From Abditibacterium sp. (GTDB lineage Bacteria; Armatimonadota; Abditibacteriia; Abditibacteriales; Abditibacteriaceae): 64,000 bases of DNA. The position numbers and the translations under genes were made by a program. The notes beneath the pieces were generated by a model. It did not search any database. It had not been told where the DNA came from and was given only the letters and a program-made list of their open reading frames with translations. Where the stretch lies: the NCBI GenBank assembly GCA_965199495.1, contig CBDASK010000003.1:2432001-2496000 (forward strand), given 5' to 3'. Each line of letters begins with the position of its first letter. The first letter of the stretch is position 1. Positions 1 through 8,740 of the stretch are shown piece by piece.

Positions 1-1039
1 CGTAATGCCAGATGTCGCCCTGCAACAGCGACGCGACGAGTGTGCTTTCCCAGTTCGCCCGATAATCGTCCCACGAATGGTTGGCGTTGTCTTCGACGGG
101 ATCGTTCAAGAAATACATCCGGCGCCCGCTCGCGCGCACCATGTTTTGCATTTGGCCGTATTCCAAAAACGCCGTCTCGAATGTGCGCTCTTGCGTAACG
201 CCGTTATAAGTGTTCGGCTCGCGCGAAGTGCCCGTCCAAACCTGCGCGATGTAGCCGTCGGCGCCGACATCGAGCAGCGACGATTGCGGCGAAACGATGC
301 CCCACTGCGAATAGTTCAGCAGCGAGTGCGTCGGCACGTAACATTGAATGTCGCGCCCGTGTTCCTTGCCATAAGCCTTGACGAAGGTAAAAACCTGCGA
401 CAACGCGCGCCGGTAAAGATAATATTTCAGTTTCGCCGAACGATACGACGCATCCACCGAAGAAGTCGGGTCGCTCCAATCTTCATTGTAAAACTTTTTC
501 CATTCGCGCTTGAACGACGGGCTGTAACCGGCGCGCACCCAGAACTCCGGCTCTTCCAGATGAACCGCTTCGGCCCCGGCATCGAGCGCCTTTTTCACGC
601 CCTGACTGAGGAAATTGCCGTAATCTTCGCCCGGCGACATATAAGGGATGTTGACGCCGTGGCCGATGATGTCGCCGTTTTTGGTCGTCTGCGATTCGTC
701 TTCGTGGTTTTTGCCGTCGAAGCGACCAAACAAGTAATCCTGATATTCGCCCCACGCCACACCCGTCATGACGTGAATGCGATAGCCCCGATCTTTCCAC
801 GTTGCAATGCGGTCGGGCATCGAATCGTCAATGCCGTAAACCATAGCCACGTCGCCGTTGATGTTGGTGCGCGGCATCCACGGTTGCAGCGTTTGAAACG
901 ATAAACGCCCGTCTTCGCGGCGTTCTTGGTTGGCTTTGGCGTCTTGCATCACGGAAGTTTTGGTTTGGCTTTGCGCGCTCGCCAGTTGCGGCAACGCGAG
1001 CGTTAGTAAAAGTGCGTTGGCGATGAGAAGTGGTTTCAT
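1..1039 (-). CDS. Secreted conserved hypothetical protein, possibly a glycoside-hydrolase-like TIM barrel; 3' end runs off the window
   Basis: Absent from the ORF track because there is no stop in the window. Manual translation from ATG at 1039 gives MKPLLIANALLLTLALPQLASAQ (signal peptide)...HVMTGVAWGEYQDY...VHLEEPEFW...IAQVWTGT..., open to the window edge. Confidence 0.75.
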   Translation of the reverse strand, partial: MKPLLIANALLLTLALPQLASAQSQTKTSVMQDAKANQERREDGRLSFQTLQPWMPRTNINGDVAMVYGIDDSMPDRIATWKDRGYRIHVMTGVAWGEYQDYLFGRFDGKNHEDESQTTKNGDIIGHGVNIPYMSPGEDYGNFLSQGVKKALDAGAEAVHLEEPEFWVRAGYSPSFKREWKKFYNEDWSDPTSSVDASYRSAKLKYYLYRRALSQVFTFVKAYGKEHGRDIQCYVPTHSLLNYSQWGIVSPQSSLLDVGADGYIAQVWTGTSREPNTYNGVTQERTFETAFLEYGQMQNMVRASGRRMYFLNDPVEDNANHSWDDYRANWESTLVASLLQGDIWHY

Positions 1040-1065
1040 GCGAGGATTGGATCAAACAAAAGGCA

Positions 1066-1101
1066 AGAAGTCCTTTATCATAACTGTGATAAAGGACTTC
1101 T
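1066..1101. terminator. Intergenic stem-loop (terminator or stabiliser)
   Basis: Inverted repeat agaagtcctttatca / tgataaaggacttct between two co-directional genes. Confidence 0.55.
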
Positions 1102-1136
1102 CTGCGCCCGTTTTTAGTTTAACTGGCTTGCAATTT

Positions 1137-3779
1137 TTATTTCACCGTCGCCAGTCCCATATCAATATATTGGCCGCCGCCGGTTTGATGAACGTGAACG
1201 GCGAACACATTTTTGCCCGGCTTGAGCGTGGCTTTGGCGCGCGCACTGATGATGAACGGCTCGTATTTGCCGTTGAAACCTGTCGCCTGTGTCGCCAGAA
1301 CGCCATTGATGTAAACATCGGCGTCTTCGTCGTGAAACATCAACAACTGCAAATCGTCGCGATTGGCGAGTTGCGCCGCCGTCATGGTGAATTCGCGGCG
1401 CGCCCAAATGTCGGGCGTGTCCCAGTTGGTGCGGACGTTGCCAGCGCTTTTGCCCAGTCCGCCTTCGCCGGTTTTCCAGCTCGTCGCGTTGTAATCGGCG
1501 GCGAACCAATCGCCCGCCGGTTTGGTCGTGGTGTAATTCCACATCACGCCGCCTTTCTCCGAAGTCGGCACGACGCTGGTAATCACGGGCGCCGCCGGAA
1601 TCGGCGCCCAGTTGAAGTTGATCCCTTTCGAGGCCGCGATGTCGCGCTGCGCCCATTTGTTCCAGATTTGCTTGTTGTTGAGCATCGGCATGAACACGCC
1701 GCCAACCGCCGAACGCGCCTTGAAGTTGACCTGCGTGCCCTCGATGGTGCGATACCAATCGGTCATCGGCACGCGCGAAGGCGATTCGTTGAGGAAATCG
1801 TAAACCGGTGCCACCAACGCCTCGACATCGGCTTTTTTGCCCGTCAGCGCCGCGCTCCACAACGTCCAATCCAATTTGGTGTAAGTTTCGCGGCTGTCGA
1901 GCGGCAGACCGTAACGATTGAGTTTGGTCTTATAATAGGCCATCTCGGCTTCGTCCACGCTGGCGGGGAACAGGTCAATGCCCAGAATTTTATCCCACAC
2001 GATATTATATTTCTGGCTCCAGGTGCCCGATTTATCGAACGCCAATTTGTAGTGATCGCCATCTTTGGCCGCGTCTTGCCACTGCTGGCTCATGCCCTGC
2101 GCGATTTTGCGCACGCGCTCGCTTTCGGCACCATCGCCGCGCATTTTCGCCATCATCGCATAGGCGCCCAGCGCTTCGATGGATTTGCCCGACAGGTTGA
2201 CGTTGTGCGCCAGATGTCCGGCGAAGTCGTCGGTCGAAAGCTGATTGTCCAGATCGTAACCTTTGCTGATGAGGAAATTCGCCCATTTGGTCAGCGTGGG
2301 CCAATAGCGGTCGGCATATTTGGTGTTGCCCTCGACCTGCGACAAAGCGCCCATCAAAATCAGCATATTGCCGCTTTCTTCGACCGGCATTTTGCCCGAA
2401 ACATCGCCGTTATCGGGGATGCTTTCGCCGCCGCCGTAGGTCATGCCGGTGGCTTTGGGGTAGGTGCCGAGATCATGCGGCGCAAAGTCGAACGGCCAGC
2501 GTGCGCTACTCGAATAGAGCATAGTCGGCTCCATCGTCGCTTTGAGTAGAGTTGGCGAGAGCAGCAACATCTGCGGGCTGGCTGGATACATCAAGTCAAC
2601 GGTGCCCGCCGAGCCGTTGGAGTTATTTTCTTTGGAAATCGAGAGCGGCGCGCCGTTATCGTCGGCCACGATTTTCTGCGCCGCCAACGCCTCACGATGC
2701 GCCAGTGCGCACAGGCGCGCGAACTTCTCGCCACCCACCGAACGCAAATCGGTCATCAATTCGTTATCAAAGGCAATCGCACGCGTGTTGAGACTGATGT
2801 AATCTTTGGCCGCGACGCTCAAAAGTCCCAAAGCGTCCATGCCATTGCGGCGCCAATAGGGCCGCAGATTGCGGCCCATCCAGTTGAGCGAATATTCGTC
2901 GTCATAGGCGACCATCAGGGTGCGCGAAACCGGCTGCGCGCCGACTTTGCCCGCATCGAGCGCGATGGCAGCCACGGGCGCGTCGTCGGCGATTGTGGGC
3001 GTGGAAGCGACATCCGAAGTCGGCAATTTGCCCGATTTGCCCCACGCCGCTTGCGCATCGGCGCGCGAAACCAAGGCACTGCTCAAACCGGCCTGATTGG
3101 GCGCCGCCAGATAAAGATAGCCCCAGTCAATGCGCACGTCGTCGCCCGTTCGAGCCAAAATCGGTTGGTCGGTCGAGCCAATTTTCAGCGCGGTAATGTC
3201 GCCTTTGGAGGCGCGTTCCCAGCTCACTTGCTGCGCGCGCGCGTCGTTGACGGTGATGTCGGCGTCAGCGTCGGCGTAAAACTGCACGTCGTGTTTTTGG
3301 CCGTCGAGCGAGCGCACCAAAAACGTCATATAAGTCACGGGACGCGCCAGAACTTCCAGATCGGACGGAATCGCGGGCGTTAAGAAAACCAGTTGCACCT
3401 GAACTTTGTCGTTCCCAAACGTGTAAATCGTGCGCGTCGGCAACACTTCGAGTTTGGTTTGCGGCAGCGACGCCGATTCGGCGGGTTGCGTGCCCATCAG
3501 GCGAAAGGTCTGGCCGTCCACGCGCGCCATTGCGCTCAGACTGTTCTCACGGCCCGTCCAGTGGCGCGTCTCGTCACTGTAAAGTTTGTTGGAATTCGAC
3601 CAGATCGAAAAATACGGATCGTGCGCGGCTATCGGCACCGATGGTGGACGGAGCGGCGGCAGATTGTCGCTCATTTGCATTGCGTTTTGCGCGCACGATG
3701 CCGAAGCAAAAACCACAGAAGCCAACGCGCAATTCAAAGAGAGCGTGCGCAGTGAGGAAGGATGTGTTTTGAAATTCAT
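1137..3779 (-). CDS. Glutaminase-A-like (DUF4965/DUF5127-type, six-hairpin glycosidase fold) secreted protein with C-terminal galactose-binding-like domain
   Basis: Signal peptide; family motifs RPPSVPI..HDPYFSIWS, SKENNSNG, MPVEESGNM, QLSTDDFAG, WSQKYN; C-terminal W..R.F...HDEDADVYING domain. Confidence 0.85.
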   Translation of the reverse strand: MNFKTHPSSLRTLSLNCALASVVFASASCAQNAMQMSDNLPPLRPPSVPIAAHDPYFSIWSNSNKLYSDETRHWTGRENSLSAMARVDGQTFRLMGTQPAESASLPQTKLEVLPTRTIYTFGNDKVQVQLVFLTPAIPSDLEVLARPVTYMTFLVRSLDGQKHDVQFYADADADITVNDARAQQVSWERASKGDITALKIGSTDQPILARTGDDVRIDWGYLYLAAPNQAGLSSALVSRADAQAAWGKSGKLPTSDVASTPTIADDAPVAAIALDAGKVGAQPVSRTLMVAYDDEYSLNWMGRNLRPYWRRNGMDALGLLSVAAKDYISLNTRAIAFDNELMTDLRSVGGEKFARLCALAHREALAAQKIVADDNGAPLSISKENNSNGSAGTVDLMYPASPQMLLLSPTLLKATMEPTMLYSSSARWPFDFAPHDLGTYPKATGMTYGGGESIPDNGDVSGKMPVEESGNMLILMGALSQVEGNTKYADRYWPTLTKWANFLISKGYDLDNQLSTDDFAGHLAHNVNLSGKSIEALGAYAMMAKMRGDGAESERVRKIAQGMSQQWQDAAKDGDHYKLAFDKSGTWSQKYNIVWDKILGIDLFPASVDEAEMAYYKTKLNRYGLPLDSRETYTKLDWTLWSAALTGKKADVEALVAPVYDFLNESPSRVPMTDWYRTIEGTQVNFKARSAVGGVFMPMLNNKQIWNKWAQRDIAASKGINFNWAPIPAAPVITSVVPTSEKGGVMWNYTTTKPAGDWFAADYNATSWKTGEGGLGKSAGNVRTNWDTPDIWARREFTMTAAQLANRDDLQLLMFHDEDADVYINGVLATQATGFNGKYEPFIISARAKATLKPGKNVFAVHVHQTGGGQYIDMGLATVK

Positions 3780-3806
3780 GAATAACGGAAGAATCCGAGG
3801 ATAAAC

Positions 3807-3838
3807 AAAATGAACTCGCCGTCTGGCGAGTTCATTTT
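3807..3838 (-). terminator. Rho-independent terminator-like hairpin downstream of the sulfatase
   Basis: aaaatgaactcgcc-gtct-ggcgagttcatttt. Confidence 0.6.
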
Positions 3839-3983
3839 AGCTGTCTTTGAGTTTTCTCAGAGGAAGAGAAATTTAGAGCGTTTTTCAAAGCTATGGTTGC
3901 TCAATTTTCGCTGAGGAAAATAGTTTGATCTGATGGTTCTTGACCAAAAGCGGTGCCAACTTCAGTCGAGCGCCACAGCAAAA

Positions 3984-6062
3984 TTATTTGGTTTCGACTT
4001 TCACATTTTCGACTTTGCCGCGCAACGAAAATGGCGCCGTATATTCGCCGACAGCGCTCATTGTGTCTTCGCCAACGCTCAAACCGTCGGTCGGTTGCGT
4101 GGTGAAAACGCCGGGCGCTTTGCCGGTGGCTACTGTTTTACCGTTGATTTTTAGCGTCATGGCGCCGGTTTTATCGAGGCGCGCTTCGACCGAAAACTTG
4201 CCTGTGGGCACCTTTTGAGTCGCGGTCGCCAGCGACAAAACCTGATTTTGGCGCACGCCGAAATTCGGCACGCCGTCTTGCAAATACACAACGTAGCCGC
4301 GCTCTCTGCCGCCCTGCGCCACAATCACGCCATTTTGCGCGTTGGTCGTCACGTCGGCGGAGATGGTCAACGCCTTGTTCACCAATTGCGGCGACGGCTT
4401 GGCGATGACCATCGAATTTTGCGCCCAGGTTTCCCAGTCGGCGGCCATTTTCTTGGCGCGCGCGGGTTGCGCCGCCGTTTGGTCGCGCATTTCGGTCGGG
4501 TCTTGCGCCAGATTATAAAGTTCCCACGGGCGGTCGTGAATCGCCACCAATTTCCAGTCGCCCTCGCGCACCATGCGATTGCCTTCGTGTTCGATGAATT
4601 GCGGACGCGCGGGCAAAGTCGCGCCGCCAAACGTCGGAACCAGACTCACGCCCTGTTCCGGTATGATGTTGAAACCGTTGAACTCGTCGGGATACTTCGC
4701 GCCACTAACCTGCAAAACCGTCGGCATGATGTCAATCAACGAGCCGGGTTGTGAAGTACGAGTGCCGGGTTTGGCCGTCAAACCATTGGGCCAATGCACG
4801 ATCAAAGGCGTGCGAATGCCGCCCTCTTCGGCGTAATGTTTATACAAACGCCACGGCGTATTGCTGGCGTTGGCCCAGCCACTGCCATAGGAAACGTAGC
4901 TGCCGGGCGCGCCGATCTGCTTCAAATCGTCGCCTTTGTGCAAAATATTAAGCGGCGAATCCAGCTTGTCGAAACCAAACGGATCCCACTCCGCACACGC
5001 GCCATTATCGCTCAAAAAGAAAATCAGCGTGTTGTCATATTGGCCGGTTTCTTTGAGATGCGCGACGACGCGTCCGATGTTGCGATCCATCACTTCGATG
5101 GCCGCCGCGTAAGTCGCCATGCGGCGTGCCAAATCTTTCTGGCGGTCGGCGGGCAACGTGTTCCACGCCGGATTTTCTTTGTCGGCCCAACCGGTCTGCA
5201 CGTTGATAAAGTTTTTGGGCACTTCGCTGCGCGGCGTTAGTTCGAGGTTTTGCGGCACCAAGCCCAACTTTTTCTGGCGCGCCAGCCGCTCGGCGCGAAT
5301 TTCGTCCCAGCCCTTCTGATAAATCGTGTCGTATTTATCAATCACATCGGCGGGCGCATGGAGCGGAAAGTGCGCGGCGTTGAAAGCCAGATATTGAAAC
5401 CACGGTTTATTCTCGCGCTTGCCCTGATCAATGAAATCAATCGAGTAATCGCCAAAGGCGTTGGTCGAATAATATTGGCCGGGTTTGTAATCAATGGCCG
5501 GATGACCGGCGGGCAAACGGATTTGATAGGGATGCTCTTCCCAGTAGGAATTGAAGCCGCCCAACATACCGTAAAACTCCTGAAACCCGCGATCCACCGG
5601 CGTGCTTTGCTCGCTGAGATGCCACTTGCCGACCATCGAAGTCGCGTAGCCGTTGCCATCGAGGATTTCGGGAATCGTCACGGCGTTTTTGCTGATCGGC
5701 TGGCCCAATCCGGGCACGCCCGCCTGATGCGGATACAAGCCGGTCAGCAAACTGGCGCGCGTCGGACTGCAACGCGGCGTGTTATAAAAATCGGTAAAAG
5801 TCAGACCACTGCCCGCAAGCGCATCAATGTTGGGCGTGCTAATTTCGCCGCCCATCACGCCGATATCCGACCAACCCAAGTCGTCGGCCAAAATGATCAG
5901 CACGTTGGGTTTCTGCGCGTTAGGCGCGGGTTTGGGATTGATTTGGGCCACAGCCTGAGTTTGCACGGTTTGCGCGTTGCAACCAGCCACGGCGAGCGCG
6001 CTGGTTAGTCCGACAGTCAAAGCCGCGAACTGGCGCCGCGTTAAAAGTTGATTTTTGATCAT
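3984..6062 (-). CDS. Arylsulfatase (formylglycine-dependent), Tat/lipoprotein signal
   Basis: PNVLIILADDLG, CSPTRASLLTG (CxPxR), GKWHL, SDNG motifs; N-terminal TRRQF...LAVAGC. Confidence 0.92.
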   Translation of the reverse strand: MIKNQLLTRRQFAALTVGLTSALAVAGCNAQTVQTQAVAQINPKPAPNAQKPNVLIILADDLGWSDIGVMGGEISTPNIDALAGSGLTFTDFYNTPRCSPTRASLLTGLYPHQAGVPGLGQPISKNAVTIPEILDGNGYATSMVGKWHLSEQSTPVDRGFQEFYGMLGGFNSYWEEHPYQIRLPAGHPAIDYKPGQYYSTNAFGDYSIDFIDQGKRENKPWFQYLAFNAAHFPLHAPADVIDKYDTIYQKGWDEIRAERLARQKKLGLVPQNLELTPRSEVPKNFINVQTGWADKENPAWNTLPADRQKDLARRMATYAAAIEVMDRNIGRVVAHLKETGQYDNTLIFFLSDNGACAEWDPFGFDKLDSPLNILHKGDDLKQIGAPGSYVSYGSGWANASNTPWRLYKHYAEEGGIRTPLIVHWPNGLTAKPGTRTSQPGSLIDIMPTVLQVSGAKYPDEFNGFNIIPEQGVSLVPTFGGATLPARPQFIEHEGNRMVREGDWKLVAIHDRPWELYNLAQDPTEMRDQTAAQPARAKKMAADWETWAQNSMVIAKPSPQLVNKALTISADVTTNAQNGVIVAQGGRERGYVVYLQDGVPNFGVRQNQVLSLATATQKVPTGKFSVEARLDKTGAMTLKINGKTVATGKAPGVFTTQPTDGLSVGEDTMSAVGEYTAPFSLRGKVENVKVETK

Positions 6063-6080
6063 GGAAATTCTGGGGGCCGA

Positions 6081-6134
6081 AGAAAGAACGAAAGCCTTAA
6101 AGAGCGAACCTCTCCAAGGCTTTTCGTTTTTTCT
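6081..6134 (-). terminator. Imperfect hairpin directly downstream of the prepilin-like gene
   Basis: agaaagaacgaaagcctt ... aaggcttttcgttttttct. Confidence 0.45.
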
Positions 6135-6150
6135 GCCAACGGGTTAGTCA

Positions 6151-6930
6151 TTAGTCAACCAGACGAAACGTCGGGCTGGTGCCGGAAGTGGCAAACGGTG
6201 TGGCTCCGTTGTAAATCGTGGTGGTGCTGTTGCTGTTGATGTTTTTAAACCACTTCACATGGCCATCGGAAAAGCCGTAGTTGGCGCCTTCCAGATGGCG
6301 AAAGCCGCCGCCCGCCAAGTTCGTCGCCAGACCGGGGCCGCCACAAACGGGCTGAAAACGGTCGAAAGGAGCGGCGCCCCCCGGATCGCCCGCCGTCGCG
6401 CATCCGTTGTTGCGTTCGCGCGCATTGGAGTGCCCGTTGATGCTCTGGCCAGCAGGCGCGCCGCTATCGCCCACCAAAATCGTCAATGTCGGATTGTTGA
6501 GCGAAGGCAACGCCTGCGCGCCATCGCCCGCGTTTTTGTTCATGAAATAATCGGTGTAGCCCGCCGAATTCGGATTGGAGTTGGGCGGCGCTGGCTCGCT
6601 GGGACACTGATAAATCTGCGTGCTTTTCAGGTAGGGCTGAATCGCGTCGGCCCAACCCACTGTCGCGCCAGCGGGCGCATTGCCGGGGCCGAGCCATACC
6701 ACCGAAAGCGGGAAATGCTCGTCGTAATCCTGCGTATACTGCGCGAAACCCAGACCCATCTGTTTGAGATTGCTCTGGCAACTGGCACGGCGCGCGTTTT
6801 CGCGGGCACGCGCGAAAACCGGAAACAGAATCGCCGCCAGAATCGCGATTATCGCGATAACAACGAGAAGCTCGATCAAAGTGAACGCGTGAATTTCATT
6901 GCGCTTGCGCGCGATTTGAATGTTTTTCAT
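6151..6930 (-). CDS. Prepilin-type N-terminal cleavage/methylation domain protein with DUF1559 and H-X9-DG motif
   Basis: [51 protein letters not shown]-terminal [17 protein letters not shown]. Confidence 0.92.
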   Translation of the reverse strand: MKNIQIARKRNEIHAFTLIELLVVIAIIAILAAILFPVFARARENARRASCQSNLKQMGLGFAQYTQDYDEHFPLSVVWLGPGNAPAGATVGWADAIQPYLKSTQIYQCPSEPAPPNSNPNSAGYTDYFMNKNAGDGAQALPSLNNPTLTILVGDSGAPAGQSINGHSNARERNNGCATAGDPGGAAPFDRFQPVCGGPGLATNLAGGGFRHLEGANYGFSDGHVKWFKNINSNSTTTIYNGATPFATSGTSPTFRLVD

Positions 6931-7131
6931 AGCTCTAACCCAAAAATACCGACTTCTTTCAGATCTTACGATTTATCAAAAATTGCGAAAAAATCACCGC
7001 AAAAAACAGCATTGATAAATTTGAGGGTCGGGGAACTCGCTTATAGTAGAACACCGATTTTGATGACAATCAATGAGAATTCAAGTCAGTCAACTGAGAT
7101 TTTTTGTTATTGTATGGGATGATTATGAATA

Positions 7132-8337
7132 TTAATTTTTGAGTTGTGTTGTGAGTTGTGTCGCGCGCCATTGCGAGGGCGTTTGGCCGAAAGTTTTCTT
7201 GAATTGAACCATCATATATTCGGAGTGTTCGTAGCCGGTGAGTTCGGCGATGCGAGCGAGCGGCAAATCGGTTTCGCGCAACAAGTTTTGCACGCGCTGG
7301 AGGCGCACGCGGCGAATTTCCTGTTGGGGCGAGCAACTGAGCAAACGCCGAAACGTGCGCTCCAAAGTTGAGCGCGACATCCGCACATGAGCCGCGACTT
7401 CTTCGACCGTGAGCGCGTCGCAGGCGCGCTCGCGGATGAAGTGGAGCGCGCGCGCAATCGCCGGATCGTTGACCGTCCAGATGTCGGACGATTGGCGCGT
7501 CACAACTTCGAGCGGCGCCAAATAAATCTGCGCGGGCGCCGTTTCCTTTGGCGGGGTTTGGGCGTTCATCAGGCGCGAGAGCAGGGCGGCGGCTTCGTAA
7601 CCGATCTGTTCGGAATTTGGCACCACGCTCGAAAGCGGCGGATCGCACAAATGGCACAGCAGTTCCGAATTATCCGCGCCCACAACCGCGACCTGTTCGG
7701 GCACAGCTACGCCCAATAATCGGCAGGTATCGAGCAGGTGTTGGCCGCGCAAATCGTTACAGGCCACGATGCCAACCGGAAAAGTCAGCGTTTGAAGCCA
7801 TGCCGACAAAAGCGCGCGTTCTTCGTGCCAGTTGCGATTATTTAAATTCCACGGCGACTCGAAAACGCCGTGCAACTCGGCGCTGGCGCCACGCGCTGTT
7901 TTCAGCGCTTTCAGCGCGCCCGCGTGGCGTCTCTGCGACCAAGACTCCTCGGCAAATCCGCAATTGGCGAAGCCGCAATAGGCGATGCGCTCGAAACCGC
8001 GTTCGAGCAGATGGCGCGTGGCCATCGCGCCGATGGCGTCCATATCGGAAGCCACGCGCGGCAACCCCAGAAACCCGTAACAATCGTTGAGGTCAACCAC
8101 CGCAAGCGGGCGCTTAATCAACTCCTCGGCTAACGCGGGGGTCATCAAGCGGCAAATAATGCCGTCGCCGTTCCAATCCAACAGCCACTTGGGCGAGTGC
8201 GCTTTGTGGTCGCGTTCGCTGAAGAACACCGACCATTGCTCATGGGCGTGCATATAGCGCGAGACGCCGCGCAAAATCTGGCGCCCGTAGACGCCCGAAG
8301 TTTCGATAATCAGCGCGACGTTAGCTCGTTTTTTCAT
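7132..8337 (-). CDS. XylR-type transcriptional regulator (LacI-like sensor plus AraC HTH)
   Basis: Periplasmic-binding-like N-domain (VAVVGADN..LC.LCDPPLSSV); AraC HTH (MSRSTLERTF...IAELTGY...FKKTFGQTPSQWR). Confidence 0.9.
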   Translation of the reverse strand: MKKRANVALIIETSGVYGRQILRGVSRYMHAHEQWSVFFSERDHKAHSPKWLLDWNGDGIICRLMTPALAEELIKRPLAVVDLNDCYGFLGLPRVASDMDAIGAMATRHLLERGFERIAYCGFANCGFAEESWSQRRHAGALKALKTARGASAELHGVFESPWNLNNRNWHEERALLSAWLQTLTFPVGIVACNDLRGQHLLDTCRLLGVAVPEQVAVVGADNSELLCHLCDPPLSSVVPNSEQIGYEAAALLSRLMNAQTPPKETAPAQIYLAPLEVVTRQSSDIWTVNDPAIARALHFIRERACDALTVEEVAAHVRMSRSTLERTFRRLLSCSPQQEIRRVRLQRVQNLLRETDLPLARIAELTGYEHSEYMMVQFKKTFGQTPSQWRATQLTTQLKN

Positions 8338-8383
8338 GCCGTGAGTTTAATCAGCATAAAATTTATTCGCACTTAAATCTCTG

Positions 8384-8737
8384 CTAAAACAGTTCACCCT
8401 GTGCCGGTGGCTCGTCCTCGAAGAACGCGAGTTCGATCAAATCGTTTTCAAAAATCACGCCTTCGTCTTCCAACCGTTTGCGTTGTTCCAGCGCTTTGTC
8501 CGGCCCGCGTTTGGAAATCGGCAACGCGCCAGTTTTGCCGACGACGCGCCACCACGGCACATCGTCCATCAATTGTCCCATCACGCGCCCGCAAATGTAA
8601 CCCGAAATCGGAGGCTCGCAGCGCGCGCCCAGCGCGCCATAAGAAATCACGCGACCGTTGGGAATTGCGCGCGTCAAACGCCGGATTTGCGCGCGCAGCT
8701 TTTCGGCTTCGTCGAAGTGTTCATCGAGAGTTGACAT
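8384..8737 (-). CDS. Alkyltransferase-like (ATL/MGMT-family) DNA-binding protein
   Basis: IPNGRVISYG and PWWRVV; Trp replaces the catalytic Cys of the MGMT PCHRV motif. Confidence 0.85.
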   Translation of the reverse strand: MSTLDEHFDEAEKLRAQIRRLTRAIPNGRVISYGALGARCEPPISGYICGRVMGQLMDDVPWWRVVGKTGALPISKRGPDKALEQRKRLEDEGVIFENDLIELAFFEDEPPAQGELF

Positions 8738-8740
8738 GAT

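Noticed and set aside
5..2549. Long + strand ORFs 5..904 and 930..2549
   Set aside because: Antisense shadows of real minus-strand genes; no motifs and Arg-rich composition
3841..3930. TAGAGCGTTTTTC as a possible MITE end
   Set aside because: No matching second end or target duplication found
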